A stretch of DNA of 63,727 bases, filler included, from Reticulomyxa filosa (taxonomy: Eukaryota; Protista; Foraminifera): the NCBI GenBank assembly GCA_000512085.1. It is 17 parts of 17 records of this genome, joined end to end, with 100 filler letters (N's around TTAATTAATTAA, not from the genome) between each part and the next. Parts side by side here need not be neighbours in the genome. Positions count along the whole stretch, not along the records: positions 23,225 to 26,071 come from ASPP01024596.1; positions 26,172 to 38,071 come from ASPP01005846.1; positions 38,172 to 39,731 come from ASPP01002378.1; 14 more parts are not named here. One strand, 5' to 3'. The position numbers and the translations under genes are program-made. Positions 25,288 through 38,199 of the stretch are shown here, one piece after another. The first letter of the stretch is position 1, and each line of letters begins with the position of its first letter. The notes beneath the pieces were generated by a model, which saw nothing but the letters and a program-made list of their open reading frames with translations, was not told the DNA's origin and did not search any database.

Positions 25288-25750
25288 TCATAGTTGTTCA
25301 GTATTAGTAATTAAATGTTGTTTCATATCTTTTTCAAGACAATAATGTCCACATCCAAAATATCGAAATTGACAATTACTTAATCGTAAAGTGCATTCTA
25401 TATTTAAATGATCCTGCAACTCTGTTAATTTTACTTTAAAATTACATCTACTTACATCATCTTCTCTTTTGATTTTATTCAATGTATGTATCTCTTGTTC
25501 AAATTGTTGTAGACAAATAACTTGTAATTTATCAATGTAATTCTTGACATCTTAGCTTTTAAATATCGACAATTGTGATTTGGTTGATTGGGTAACATGC
25601 TTTATTTTTTTTAATGAATAATTGTAAACACTTCTATCCAACGATCAACGCTTCATCACTATCTTATATCAATTGTAGTCATAACATTTGTATATTTGAG
25701 TCATTTTGAGATAAAATTCAGTATCAATTTATTCTTTATTTGTAGAATCC
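25288..25750 (-). pseudogene. RING/TRAF-type zinc-finger pseudogene
   Basis: LQVICLQQFEQE..CNFKVKLTELQDHLNIECTL..CQFRYFGCGHYC..MKQHL. The upstream RING portion is broken by stops and frameshifts. Confidence 0.75.
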
Positions 25751-26171
25751 TTAAAATCAACTTTATATAATTAAATTTTTTCTTTATTATTTGCATTAAA
25801 CAAAATTTGAACATTCAATAATATAATTTTTGAAATGATTAAATTCTAATTATCATAATTAGAAAAAAGCAAAATTGAAGATACATAAAGTTTAAGCAAA
25901 AATGAAAAACTTGTATTATATTTAAATTTTTGTAAATCATATCCAGTTTGCAATCATTTACAAATTTTTGAATTTGTGAAATTGAACATGTAGTATTACT
26001 ATGATAAAAAGTATTTGTTATAATCATATAAATTATGAGAAAAATAATTCAGTATTCTACAATTACACTAGNNNNNNNNNNNNNNNNNNNNNNNNNNNNN
26101 NNNNNNNNNNNNNNNTTAATTAATTAANNNNNNNNNNNNNNNNNNNNNNNNNNNNNNNNNNNNNNNNNNNN

Positions 26172-26457
26172 ACTCCTCTGCCTGAATCAACACTCGCAAA
26201 TACTTTTTGGTTTTCACATTTTGAAATTTCACTGACAATTGGCAGTCTTTGCTTGTACTACCCACTGGCTCCACTTTCCAGTGTGCATATTCGGATAGGC
26301 TTTGCTGTGCGTTAATTGTACTTGTCTCTTGTTCTAGACACCCGATATAGTGCTCTCTCGACAGCAAGTCACGCTCGGGCTGAAAACATATCGTTGCTGG
26401 CTTTACAAAGTCGTACGGCCTGAGAGCGGTAGGAGTTGTAGTAGTCATTTTATTCAA
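26172..26457 (-). CDS. 5' part of a protein with a probable fascin-like/beta-trefoil repeat
   Basis: ATG at 26457, open to the contig end. HWKVE..VKFQNVKTKKYLRV resembles a beta-trefoil strand pattern. Confidence 0.5.
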
Positions 26458-26955
26458 TTTGTTCTACCTCTCGCGGTAAAAAGTAAAAATAAAATAGTTT
26501 TTGATTCAAGCAAAAAATATTGTTCTCGATGATAATAATAATTAGATGCAATTTTTTTTTAAGTTCCCCGTCTTGACGGTTGTGTTTAATAATAAAATGC
26601 ATTAAATTAGTTTCATTTTTGTAAGGTATTTACTTGTATTTAAAATGCTGAACTTTTTTATGGATATTTTGCAATCTAATTTTAAAAATTTCACACTTGG
26701 TCATCACAAATGGACACTTTATTTTTCTTCATTTACAAAAAGGACAAGTAGATAGAGTTACACTATATACAATGAATGACACTGTTTATCAAATTTGACG
26801 CAGCAATTGAAACTAGAATGTTTAAGATTATTGACAAAGCTCTGTCTTTGCGTCTCTTAGCTATAAAATACCAAAAAATAAAGAAATTTAAGACGTCGAA
26901 GCAACCATTTTTATATTTTTTATGAAAGGGAAATCTCTAGTTAGTTAGGTAAATT

Positions 26956-29258
26956 TCAAAATGCTCCCCATAACCGGATTGTTTTATCGCTGCCAGATGA
27001 CACAACTGTGTTACCATCTGGTGAAATATCCACTCCTATTACGTAATTGGCAGAGCCTTCTAGTTTCTGAATTTCCACACCTAATTGTACATCCCATAAT
27101 CGGATTGTCTTATCTAATGAACATGACACAACAGTTTGTCCATCTGGAAAAAATTGCACATCTCTTATCGTAGCAGAATGTCCTGTTAAGCTTTTCAGCT
27201 CTTTTTTTGTTTTGTCATCCCATATTTTGATTGTTCCATCGCTTGAACAGGAAACAATAAAACGATTGCATGGAGAAAACTGTGCAGTCATGACATAACC
27301 TAAATGTCCTACCAACGTGTTTATTAGTTCACCTGATTTCACATCCCAAATGCCAATTGTATCATCGGAAGATGATGATACGAGTCGTTGGCCATCCGAT
27401 GAAAATTCTACATCATTTACCCAATTAAAATGCCCTTCCATTTTTTGTATCTCTTGTCCAGATTGAATATCCCATAACCGAATAGTTTGATCACAAGAAC
27501 CAGACACAACAATTTTTCCGTCTGGTGAAAACTCGGTTGATGTTATGCTATTCGAATGCCCTCGCCACATTCGTATTTCTGAACCTGATTTCACATCCCA
27601 CAATCGTATTGTTCTATCAAGCGAACACGACACAACCATATTTCCATCTGGTGAAAATTGGGCATCATAAACAGAAAGCACGTGTCCTTTCAATACTTGG
27701 ATTTGTTTTCCTAATTTGGCATCCCATATGACAATTGTTCCATCTTCAGAATGTGAAAGAATCTTGCTTCCATCAGGTGAAAATCTTACACCATATACAA
27801 TTCCGGTATGTGCTTCAAGAATTTTTAATGGTCTGAAATATTTCATCTGTATTTCTTTTAGAATATATTATCTCCAAAAAAAAAAAAAAAGAAAAAAACA
27901 AATCCAAATGTACCAGAATGTATCTCGAAATAATGATATTGAAATCCTCGATCCATCCCATTTTGATAAATGATGAGTGAATCCAATATTCGATTATCAT
28001 TGTAATTTCTCTTTTCCTCTTATATATACATGTATGAAAAAATGCATTTTTTTGTCCAATTCAATATCACAAGGTAAATTAAATATACAAAAATCTTTCA
28101 TCTAACCTTCCATTTTTTAACATCAAAATCTTCTTTCATTTCGATCAGTTCGTTTTTGATTTTTTCTAAATATTTTTTCTCTTCTTCTTCTGTTTCCCAT
28201 TGTATCTCTTTTTCTGTTTCTTCTTGCAGCCATTCCTTCACGTTCGTTTTCATGTGTACTGATTCTATCGCATCTCCGTCATATCCGCCAATTATATGCA
28301 GAAACATATTGTGTTCATGCAATACTGCAACAAGATGAGTCAATGGACTGGGCAAATTATTTTCAAATTTCATCCATGTATTTTCCGTTATTGAATACCG
28401 ATGAATTTCTGTTGAAATGCTGCAATCAGAGTCTCCACCAAAAAATAAAATAAAGCCATTGATGCAAATATATCCATAGGAATAAAGCTGTCTAATACTT
28501 GTGCAAACCCATACTTTGTGAAACTGAAAAACGTTGTTATCTTCATCATATTCAATTGACAATCCTACATTTTTATAAAATAATAGCATTTCGTGCACCT
28601 TTTCATCTGTGAAATTTCTTGCTGATCCCTTTCCTATCTTTGGCACAAAACAATGATACTGAATACAGGCGTCGTCAATTGGTAAATTAGCTTGCTTCAC
28701 ATGTTGGAATGTATTCAAATCAAATACATGAATGTTATTTGGACAATGTGTGATAAACAATAAATGATTTTTGCTTCCACCAACAAATGCACGTGCTCCA
28801 GTATAATCATCTTCATTCCTGCCAATGGAAACGGGTTTATTGTCTTTGTCAACGAAAGGAATCCATTCGTTACAATGTTCCATTTTTTTTATTTCATTGC
28901 TGTTATCCCAAACACTAACATATTTCATCATTAATGTATGTTTTTTCTGTTTTTTTCCTTGTCCACCAAAAGACAACAAAGTGATGGCATTTGCGTCTTG
29001 GCTGTTGTTTATAAGCTCCACCACACAATGTCCGTTTAATCCAGCACCCTTTGGATAAGAACAGATGGCCCTGTACTCATTTTTAAGTATATGGTATGAA
29101 TAGCAGCTCCTTTCCCAAATACTTCCACAAACGAGGATTTCATGTTTGTAGATCACACATTGAGTTTTCTGAAGCGGAACTGGGAAAAAAGCTAACGCTT
29201 CAAAGGAAGTTGCCCGCATATTTTCAGTTTCTCTAATTTTCATGTCATTTGTATCCAT
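26956..29258 (-). CDS. Kelch-like propeller + 7xWD40 protein (exons 29258-28107, 28018-27914, 27846-26956)
   Basis: Kelch-like TQCVIYKHEILVCG, GHCVV, LLSFGG, ILFFGG, LHIIGG. Linker MGWIEDFNIIISRYIL. Seven GH..FSPDG..IRLWD repeats. Phase-0 GT-AG introns. Confidence 0.93.
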
Positions 29259-30066
29259 CAAAGTAATAAAGACAAATAAATCTGGAGGCTTCAGGTATTC
29301 AAGAGAAAGATGATATATATATATAATAGCTCAGGGTTTTGAAAAAACTGGAACTTTGAACGCCTTAACACAAGATAGGTAATAAAAAGGTCAATTGCAC
29401 AATCTCAGTTTTGAACAATCATTTTCAACCAGCTATCTCAATTTTTTCTATCTTTTACGTAGGTGCATGCATATACATTATATTTTGTTTATTAAAAAGC
29501 CATTTTTTGTAGTTTATGTGAGTTTAAAACAATTTTTTTTGACTGTACACTATTAGTTGTATTTGTGACCAAAGAATATTTGACAGCGTACACGAAAAAT
29601 CGATAATATCATAAAAGGTAGAAATTTATCCGATATATTTTTCCAGAACTTTATATGAATGTCAGCCCAAGCTTCAAAAAAGAGTAATCGGATAATTACT
29701 AGCAAATGCCCAAAGGTTATTGATCAATTCAATGCATCAGCTTTGTTTCATCTTAATACTCTCATTTCAGAAGACATCCAACATAAAACAAAAAAATTAT
29801 TTACAAAACACAACCACAAAAATAGAGTGCATTTCTTTACTTTATTTATGCTATTATTATATAATTGCATTTAATATGCCAATATTCATTTATTTAAAAA
29901 ATAAATTTTATTAAACGGAAAAAGTTTTAAATAACACCTATCTAATTTGACCAGCAAAAACAATAATACGTTTTTCCATTTGGGAAAAAATGTAATAGAT
30001 AGTATTATTTCTTTTGATTTGCATCAAATCCCAAGTAAAAATAGGGATGTGATGAATATTTGCTAA

Positions 30067-33000
30067 TCATTTGCGGCCTTTCTTTTTTGAATTTTTATTT
30101 TGAGTTAAATATTCGCAAGCTTCATTTGGAACTTGGTACGGGATATAAAACCAATCTCCAAAAAGGCAGTTACACATATATTGCATAACTTGTTCATGAT
30201 TTGAATTCTTGTTCGAAAAAAAAGAGTAATTTTTCATGTGACTAGGTATTACTTGTTCATGAAGTACATCTCCAAGCAACGTGTTTTCACAACTGTTATG
30301 AAATTTACTAGGAACGCCCATAGAATTAACAAAGAATTCGACAGTTTTTAGTATTTTCCGAACGGATTTGATAATGCAAATATCCACTGAGTGAATGTAT
30401 CGGTTACTCATCGCACGACCTCCTAACAGCAATTCGTGAATGTATTTTTCTAAAAAAAATTGATCGCATTGATATACAAACGGAGAAAAGGAGTGATTGA
30501 TTCGATGCATCGATCGAATCGATTTAAAATGAATCAATGGATCTTTCATCATGTTATAAATAAAATCATTGATTAAATCCATTATGTAAGGAATTCTACA
30601 AATTAAACATTATTTATTTTATTTTTTCTTTATTATAGTTTATGTATCTTTCAAAAAAAAAAAAAAAGAAGAAGAAACAGGGCATTTTAATGAATTGTAG
30701 TTTGAATGAAGCAAACCTTTGTTTACATGCAAAAGCACCAGCTAAAAAAGGCCAACCTCCATAAGTATCACTCGTTAGCGAGAATTGCTCGCTGTTTTTT
30801 ACAATGGACGATTCAGGACCAAAAAAAAAAGGGTTGTCGTAATGATGACAATAATATCGATGAAATGGCTTATTTGAATTTTTAACCCAATCTGTTAAGT
30901 GCGTGTGATCGTTTATATTGTAAATGCTGTCAATATCACGGATACAAACAAAAGACTTTGGCCTTTTTTCCAAAATGGGATCACCCAATGCCTCCAAACG
31001 ACACAGCGTGCCAAAAAGACTTCGTAAGTGCAGTTCATCCCAATTGGAATTTACGATCGTTTCTCTGCAGCGTATTTGCGTGTAGTCCATTTCATACAAT
31101 TGCACACGGGGATGACAGCGCAAAAAAGATAAGAGTAAATTGCATAATTCATCCTTCACTACTGATTTGTCATAATAATAACGAAACACATAATCTACAT
31201 CTGTGATTTCAATTTTTATTAATTTTTGTTGTTATTATATCGCAAAGATTTTTTGTTATGAATGTACATTTTTTTTTTTTTTTTTTTTTTTTTATTGCAA
31301 TTGGATTTCATTCCAAGGGGTTGAATGTGTTACTCACCGTCAGATATGATCGATTCAAATTGATGGAGATTTCGTATGATCCCGGTAATGTACTGGATTC
31401 CCCCTCCAAAGTTTCGCAGCGCAGTTGATTCATAAGAAATGAAAAACGAATAGCTATAGAGATAAATAGGTCGATTAGAATGTTTAGAGAAGGCATGCTT
31501 TGCCAATTGGCCTTGGTGCACCAGTTTACAGCATCCATATTTATGGGAGTCCTCCGGACGATAGCCGTCCAACGGCATCGCCAATTCTTCGATTAGCGAA
31601 TGTGAGTAATGAATACATGAGTACACATCAAAGTACGACAGACAGTCGAACGAACCGATTGTACTTCGCTGACAATAGTCGAGAAGCCCATACTTTAGAA
31701 AATAGTAGTTTAATTGCCGAGGATCGCAAACAATACATTTCCAATTTTTCAAAGTCAATCGATTTTCAATTTTTTTCCATTTTTTGCGATTGACAATAAA
31801 TAGCAGGCAACTTTTGCAAAACGCAAACAATCGACGTTCGGCTCTATTTTTATTTCATTTAGCAGGAACGACAACATGGATCAAAAGAACAACGGTGATT
31901 GTTTGTTTGTTTGTTTGTTTATTTACAACTAATTTGATCTAGGTTTTGGATAGTGACAAAATACACAACTTTGGACTTTTGATAGAAATGCATCCATTTG
32001 ACGCCGAGCAATGAAAAACTGGCATAAAAGGTTCATCTACGTTGCTAATTCCGCACAGCCGGCAGTAATAATCATGCGAATATGATGTACTACATCTACG
32101 GTTGTGCTTGGTTTGATCAACCGATTCCGAGTCGCTTTCGTCTTGCTCTTCGATGCTTTGCCATAGCCATGGGTTTTCACTCAAATTCATTGTCCCTTTG
32201 ACGGTGTAAAAGTCATAGCAATTTGCACAAAGCTGTAAGCGGCATTTGGCATCCAGCAAAGTTGAAAACGGATGTGGTTTCAACTCCTTCAACAAATACC
32301 AATCGTGACATATCCAACACGGATGTCGCTCCACATGCATTCGATACTCGTCACAATATTTAAATTCATCTACACATGCATGTACACATATGTTTGTATG
32401 TTTATTCATTTCTTTTTTTTTTTATTTTTATTTTTATTTTTAAAATGTTGTTCCCAATGTGTTTTTAAATCTTCTACTTGTTCCAAAGTTTGAGTTTCGA
32501 AATCAATAATGTTTGTATGATTGTTAGAGTGGTGAAACCTGGAAGGAAGGGTTGCAAAATGGGCGGGCAAGGACTGGCACAGTCCTTAAGCATAGGCAAG
32601 CAATGCAAGTCGCGCGTGTTGGGGGATTGAGATGAAAAGGACCAGAAATTCGGATCCGAGGATGAACACTCTGCCAATGCAGGCGCCCACATTTCATTGG
32701 GACAAGTTGAATTGGGGTCGAAATAATACACTTGATCACTGGCTTCATCATACACTTCCACCGTCTTTTTCGTGTCAACTGTAATAGGTACTATTGACAA
32801 GTTCATGATGATATTGTGGGCATGTCTTGGATGGATTCGCAGTCTTGGATCGTCATGACAAAATTGCATCTCCACAATGACATTGGCCAAATTGAATCGA
32901 ACAGTTATCCATTCATTGATACTGACAACCATTCCCAATACCCATAAATTACGACAATCACTACTCACATACATCTCATGTGTATTATCACTGTTGCAAT

Positions 33001-33893
33001 TTTTATCTGTGGCTTCAATTGATTCACTCCACGCAAAAAATTCGTCGTGTGCGGCAGGACCGTATTCTTGCACTTGAATGTTGTGCTTGCGACACCAGGA
33101 CACATAAGCTGGGTTAATATGAACGTACACTGGACAACCGGGCCTTGCAATTAAACCCCATATCTGCACACACCACCACTGCGAAGTAAAGATTATAATC
33201 GAATTCCCGTCCTTGTCCTGATACAACGGGTCTTCGCTTACATAATTTCCTGCTAATGAGTCCTCAAACAAGTCTATCTGTTCCTTTGGTATCAACTCTT
33301 TTTGATGATACCGCAAAGGATAGTGCTTCAAGTCAAATATGTTCTCCTTCACCAACGACCTTTTTTGTGGTTGTCTCCAGGGAATTTTGTCTTCTTTTTC
33401 ATCACTTGTCTTGCCGTTTGACAATATCTCTACTTCATCTGACTTGTTTTCTATCCTTTTTTTTTTTTGCTGACAAAGCAAAAAAGAACAGCACTGTTTT
33501 TGATTGGTTGCGCATGATAACGTTTTACACCAAGTAACAGCCAAAAAAAAAAAAAAAGGTTTGTGTTGTTTTTTTTTCTCTCCCCCTCTCGTGTTCTGAA
33601 CACGATTTAAGAAAAATAAAACAATAAGAAAATAAAAAATAAAAAGAAAACCAGCTAGTACCACGGCTATAGCTGTTGTCTATTCCTTGTGCATTCTTGT
33701 TACATGCTGCCGGGTCATCACGTAACAAATCCGTTCTTCTGCTTCGTGGAAAATATGCCGCTGTGCTATGCTTTGTATTGTCAAGTTTTTTTGTGGATGT
33801 CTTACGCTTTTTGCGTGGTGGTTCCGCTTCGTCTATAGTGTGGGTATGCTCAGCAGATTTGCGCGTTCTCTTCCGTGAACATTTTGATTCCAT
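30067..33893 (-). CDS. 6-exon protein: basic N-terminus, WW-like motif, ADD zinc finger, C-terminal DxD glycosyltransferase-like domain
   Basis: ADD ligands in order CWIC..HP..LCANCYDFY..YCRLCG..CSASNGC..AFCKSCL..WKCIVCDP. Then YSYSFF..YITGIIRN..FRYYYD..GTLCRL..IRDIDS..DW..KPFH..FLAGAF..YQCDQFFLEKYI. All five introns are GT-AG and phase-compatible (1,1,2,1,2). Confidence 0.85.
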
Positions 33894-34199
33894 TTCAGTG
33901 GGAGAGTTCAGTCAAAACCCCAAAAAGTCGACTCCGTTTTTTTTTGAAGTACTGGTTGGCCCAGCGAGTGTTTTTCAAGAAAAAGAGCCCTTTTTGAAAG
34001 TTTTTACACAAACACAATATGCCAGACAATGACTATGTGTGACTGAGAGAAGTTTATTACAAGTAGAGGCTTTTTGCTTGTCACATCGAAAAAAGTGCAC
34101 ATCGAAAAAGCTAAGTGAACAAAACTAGTTCATATATTGAAAAAGGTCTAAATACTAATTTGGTTCCTCAGAACTGGTGATCCTTCAGAAGTTCATACA
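33894..34199. promoter_or_regulatory. Putative bidirectional promoter between divergent genes
   Basis: 306 bp between ATG 33893 (-) and ATG 34200 (+). Direct repeat CACATCGAAAAA at 34082-34093 and 34098-34109. Confidence 0.5.
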
Positions 34200-36228
34200 A
34201 TGTCGTTCGATAACAGACCGCCAAAATTCTTAAAGAAAAAAGTATACGCAAATTTCGACGACATAATTTCTTTCTTTGACACTTATTTAGCACTGGTAGA
34301 AGAATGCGAAAAGAAATTTGAAGAAAACTGGGTAAGTTAACCAAGAGTACACGTATATAAACATGTGTGTAACTCGAACGTCATACAGTCAAACAAGTTT
34401 GTTCAATTGGAAGTAATTGATATGTGAAAAGTTTGACAAATGCACAATCTGGCATCGAAATGTGTTTGTAATAGACGTTTTGCTACGAACTCGTAGTAAA
34501 TGTAGATGATCAGTTCTACAGCTGTATACTAAAGATAGCCCAAGCAAAGTTACGAGAGCTGGACGCGAACCTTCATGTGAGTGGTCAACATTATTATTTG
34601 TATGAGCACAACAAAAAAAAATTTTTCCTTCCCCCAAAAGTACACACCAAAAAAAAAAGAAATACACAAATATAAATGTAAATGTATACATACACTTATT
34701 TATTTACAAACAAAACTGAACAAAAGTGCAGTCAAACAACGGGGAATATTGTTTCGCAACTAAGGGTTACCCAAAGCTGCCAATAAACCATGATTTAAAA
34801 AACAATCTCAAGACAACGGAAAAATACATGAAGCAGTTGCAAGAATTGGAGAGCGAATCCAAACTCCTTTGTTACCCGATATTACCAAAGATACATTCAC
34901 TTCGAGGTCCTACTGTGAATGACTATCAGCTCATTTTAAAGTTTAGATATATTTATATATATATGTATATATTCCCTCTTTCAAAGTTCTTTGGGCATGT
35001 TTGTGATGGCATTAATAAAAATCAATAGCTATTTGCAACACTGCTTCAGTTCACCACAGCTTCTGAGAAAGCCATGGTTTTGGAATTTTTTTTCTTTGAC
35101 AAACGGCATAAGCAAGGACGGAGATGTGTTTAGAGATGTTAAGCGCATCCTTGAACAGCGAGCGCAGACAAAAATGTTGCAATTTAGGCAAATCTACGGC
35201 CGCGCCCACTTAAGGCTCTCCAGCTTGTATGTTCAAACTCTGAAAAAAAAAAAAAATAAAAAGTACAATATTTGTTTATTTGTTTTGGAGTCAACCTTAC
35301 TCCCCCTCCACATACTTTCAGATGACGTATATACACTCTATTAAAAAAAAAAAAAAAAAATAATAATAATAATAAAAAAGACTTGAATTGAATTCAGAGA
35401 CCTTTCGAACAGCGTTGATCGGATACCGAGAATTGGAAAGGGGCCCTCGGCAGGTGCCAACGGCGAAGCATTGGTGCTTAAACTTTATCGGAACAAAGTT
35501 GCTGCGGGTCGAGTTTTTCAGTGATTCTGGTGTAGTGATATTCCTGTTTGAAAACTCCAGAGAAAGTCGACGCGTGTTTTGGTATCATTGGAATGACAGC
35601 AGAGGAGATTTTACCAAGCGATGGAAGGTTTTTTCTCTTAAACCTATTATCAATCTCAGTGGTATTGCTTTCATTTTTTTTTTTTGCAAATGATCACTCC
35701 ATTTATACATATATGTATATATTCAAAAACAAAGGAAAGGAAATTGGCTCATGGCTATACTTATGGCGACAATACCACGGACAGTATCATCCTTTGCAAA
35801 ATAACTGTCAACACTTTGTTCGTGATATCATCAGTGCCATCGACGAAAAGGTGGCCAATCAATTGATATCGCTGATGGATCATCACAGTGTTACTGCTCT
35901 ATTGCCTCCATTGTTTTACTCCGATTATTGGGACGAAAAAATGCGCACTCGCGAAATACGCAATTTCTTGCTGAGCAAAGGCCCGGTTGTACTTCGTCTG
36001 TGGAAACAGAAGGACGCGGAACAGGATCACAAGTCCAATGGACCATCCACTGCTCGTTCGCAACTTGGTGCGGAACCCATTGCCCCTTCAAAACCGGAGC
36101 CAATGACTTTACCTCTGCCACTCGAACGGAACAATTCATCAGTTCAACACAAATCAAATTCGGATTATGTTTATTCTTTACTTTTTCAAAAAAAAGATTT
36201 GGAAAAAACAGCAATTACTTTGCTTTAA
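34200..36228 (+). CDS. PX-like domain + permuted papain-fold (PPPDE/LRAT-like) domain protein, multi-exon
   Basis: HWCL (catalytic His candidate) and YHPLQNNCQHF (catalytic Cys motif). N-terminal CYELVVNV..LRELDANL..PILPK..YLQHCFSSPQL..FWNFF is PX-like but degenerate. Confidence 0.65.
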
Positions 36229-36721
36229 ATAATTTTTTTTTTTTTTTTTTTTTCTTTTTAGAGACACTTTTTGGTTGGTTTGTGAAATTTTTTTTTTTTC
36301 ATCATGACTGCGTTGTCTGTGGACCCAATGTGTAACCGTCTCTCCTAGGCCACTCCACTACTGTATGCTCTTGGATCAGAGAGAGGACTAAATAATTCAA
36401 CTTATTGTAATTTGTTGCTTCTTTTTCTCTTATTTTTTTCTCTGGAAGATTACTCTCCAAAACAGGCATTTTAAAGATATCCCCAGATGTCATACTGATA
36501 AACAAACTTATTAGGATTTTCAAAAAATATCTATATATGTGCATGTGAAAACCAAATAGCAATTGTATTACTGGACAAAACAATTGCCGCAAAAAAAAAA
36601 AGAGCTTTGTAAGCCTGAACGTCAAAGGGGGGGAGGGCGGATGAATGGAAGACGGGGAAAGTTGGAAATATTATTATGCCAACAGGGCTGACGGCCTAAT
36701 CCCATAATCGTATATTATACA

Positions 36722-36881
36722 ATGTCCTTAAAAAGAAGCAGATCTGGACAAGCGCGACTGTTGTCGTCACAAAAGTATAAAGGGTTGGGAACGAGTTCAG
36801 TAAGGTCAACTTTTGTTCGTCGTAAAGACGAGATAAGGCCAAATGTCTGTTACCATGCGAAGGCATATTTTTCGCAGCAGA

Positions 36882-36915
<34 letters not shown>

Positions 36916-38071
36916 GCAGCAGCAAAAGCAGCAAGCGATGACATCAGCGTTGGCGAGAGGAGTGAGAGCAGCGACGACGACAACGAATGAGATGATCGAG
37001 ATGATCCAATGGATGATAATGTATGCAACGAATGCAGGGATCCGAAGAATGACAAAAGAGGAGTTGTCGAAGCACAATCGTTGGTTGCACACAATCGACC
37101 GACATTACTACGCATTGTTCGCAGAAGCGAAGGAGTCAAAAGAGCAAAGCGAAGCAAGACAGCAAAGAAGCTCGGGCATATCGAAGAGCACAGCAGAAGA
37201 GCGAGTGCGTGAGTCAATAGACGTATTATTGGATATGTTTCAATACACACATTATTATTATTGGAGTTATAAACGTTTGTATGAAGTGTTATCAAAGAAT
37301 GTATTATCATCATCATCATCATCATCATCATTATCATCACTATCATCATCATCATCATCATTATCGAATGTGGGTACCATGGCCACATTTCTGCACGACC
37401 TGCACGTGGACCAGGTGTATTTGCACTTGTATCAAATCAGCTTATACGACCTGGGTGACGTGGACCTGTCGTTTCGAATCATGACACACTGGCTGAGTCA
37501 TGGTTTCCATATCCACTTTCTTTCGGAGCACCATATGTTGGGAGCGAGTTCATTTGGCCAGCGTTATTTGGTGACCCATGAAAACGCAGACGACGCCACA
37601 TCCGAGCACAATCGTGAACGTGAGCATGAACATGACCATGAATTGCTATTGTTCGGACAAGAGGACAGAGTGAGAAAGACTTGTGCGGCCAATGTCATCT
37701 CAAAGTTGCGATGGCTGAGATTCGGAGACCGACCAGAATATCTCCTTCGCACCATGTATATCACGTCAATGTTCCACTTGCTATCGACCCGTCCGCGGAC
37801 TTGGTCGAAATGTATCGGACAACGTCCATACATTTTGCCATACTTTGAACAGGACAACTCAACAACATCATCACCCAATGTCACTGCTACGGATGCTACT
37901 GCTCTTCTTGTCCTGTGGACTCACTTGCAGCAGTATTTCCATTCGTCCAGTCTTGTCGATACCATCAGAAGAGCCCTCCTTTCTTGTCTCGTCAAAGATC
38001 GTGAAAGACATCGCGTTCAGCTTTCTGCAGGCCAACAATCCAACCAAGTGAAGTTCCATTACCCCCCCCCC
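36722..38071 (+). CDS. Uncharacterised protein with poly-Q, poly-S and HE repeats, 3' truncated
   Basis: 450-codon open frame from ATG 36722 to the contig end. No family recognised. Confidence 0.7.
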
Positions 38072-38199
38072 NNNNNNNNNNNNNNNNNNNNNNNNNNNNN
38101 NNNNNNNNNNNNNNNTTAATTAATTAANNNNNNNNNNNNNNNNNNNNNNNNNNNNNNNNNNNNNNNNNNNNAAAAAAAAAAAAAAAAAAAAAAAAAAAG

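Noticed and set aside
31330-32409. Calling the ADD gene DNMT3 or ATRX
   Set aside because: No C5-methyltransferase motifs (FxGxG, PC, ENV) and no SNF2 Walker A/DEGH motifs before the stop at 30069-30067.
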